Assembly: GCF_030646925.1 (NCBI RefSeq)
Contig: NZ_JAUSKL010000004.1
Span: forward strand, 11,064-75,063
Direction: 5' to 3'
DNA length: 64,000 nucleotides
Source: Candidatus Binatus sp.
Lineage (GTDB): Bacteria; Desulfobacterota; Binatia; Binatales; Binataceae
Shown: positions 63,595-64,000 of the stretch, piece by piece
Layout: each line of letters opens with the position of its first letter
Numbering within the stretch: position 1 is the stretch's first letter
Program-made: the position numbers and the translations under genes
The notes under the pieces: model-generated
Told to the model about the DNA's origin: nothing
What the model saw: the letters and a program-made list of their open reading frames with translations, nothing else
Databases searched by the model: none

Positions 63595-64000
63595 GTGAGC
63601 ATCAGGCTGGCGGTGCGCAGCGATCTCGCGCGCATCGTGGAGATTTACAACTACTACGTCATCAACACGCCGATCACATTCGACCTGCATCCGTTTACGC
63701 CTGAACAGCGCGTGAAATGGTTCGAGGAGCACGCCGGTACCGCGCGGCATCGGCTGTTCGTCGCGGAAGATGGGTGCAGGGTCGTGGGATATGCCGGCAG
63801 CGGGCAATTTCGCGACAAGGCGGCGTATGACACCAGCGTCGAGACGACAATCTACTGCGCGCACGATGCGCTAGGGCGCGGGATTGGATCGATGTTGTAT
63901 CGGACGCTGTTCGCGGCGCTGAAGAATGAGGACATCCACCGGATCCTCGCGGGAATAACGATTCCGAACGAGGCGTCGGTGAGGATGCATCGACGATTTG
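63595..64000 (+). CDS. GNAT N-acetyltransferase (YncA/phosphinothricin acetyltransferase-like); runs off the window
   Basis: Manual translation from GTG 63595: MSIRLAVRSDLARIVEIYNYYVINTPITFD...VVGYA..FRDKAAYDTSVETTIY...GRGIGSMLY...AGITIPNEASVRMH. Confidence 0.9.
   Translation, partial: MSIRLAVRSDLARIVEIYNYYVINTPITFDLHPFTPEQRVKWFEEHAGTARHRLFVAEDGCRVVGYAGSGQFRDKAAYDTSVETTIYCAHDALGRGIGSMLYRTLFAALKNEDIHRILAGITIPNEASVRMHRRF

Overview
High-GC bacterial chromosome segment, mostly intact core and metabolic genes with several inserted genes for large secreted proteins. Gene content and CGCG/CGATCG-rich style suggest a soil deltaproteobacteria-like lineage such as Ca. Binatia; this is inference only. 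From left to right: UDP-glucuronate decarboxylase (partial), a DegT/ArnB-like aminotransferase and a GT-C glycosyltransferase; an L,D-transpeptidase, pcrA and rlmE; a secreted 12-repeat NHL protein with an STN-like/HEAT partner; a DUF151-PDZ lipoprotein, a DUF6178-like protein and thiD; a NarM-like gene divergent from an NAD-dependent Mo formate dehydrogenase operon (fdsGBAD-fdhD); a VapBC-type toxin-antitoxin pair; a radical SAM enzyme, an SH3 protein, an MFS transporter and an ArnT-like GT; a secreted tailspike-like beta-helix protein; thiE with ntrBC; an MltD-like transglycosylase; and a terminator-bounded gene run encoding a doubly frameshifted beta-propeller lipoprotein, a 1367-aa CEMIP/TMEM2-like G8 protein and a Cys-rich thaumatin-like protein. 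These are followed by moeA, lapA-like and ispF, and a TetR-led hopanoid cluster (hpnH, ispA, Zn-dehydrogenase, shc, dxr, hpnCDE, hpnA, CruF-like, SDR, hpnG, hpnK). The best candidates for undescribed biology are the CEMIP-like plus thaumatin-like secreted glycan-active operon and the extra redox and hydratase genes inside the hopanoid operon. I found no rRNA, tRNA, CRISPR array, integrase or transposase. All family assignments come from motif recognition by eye, not database searches.
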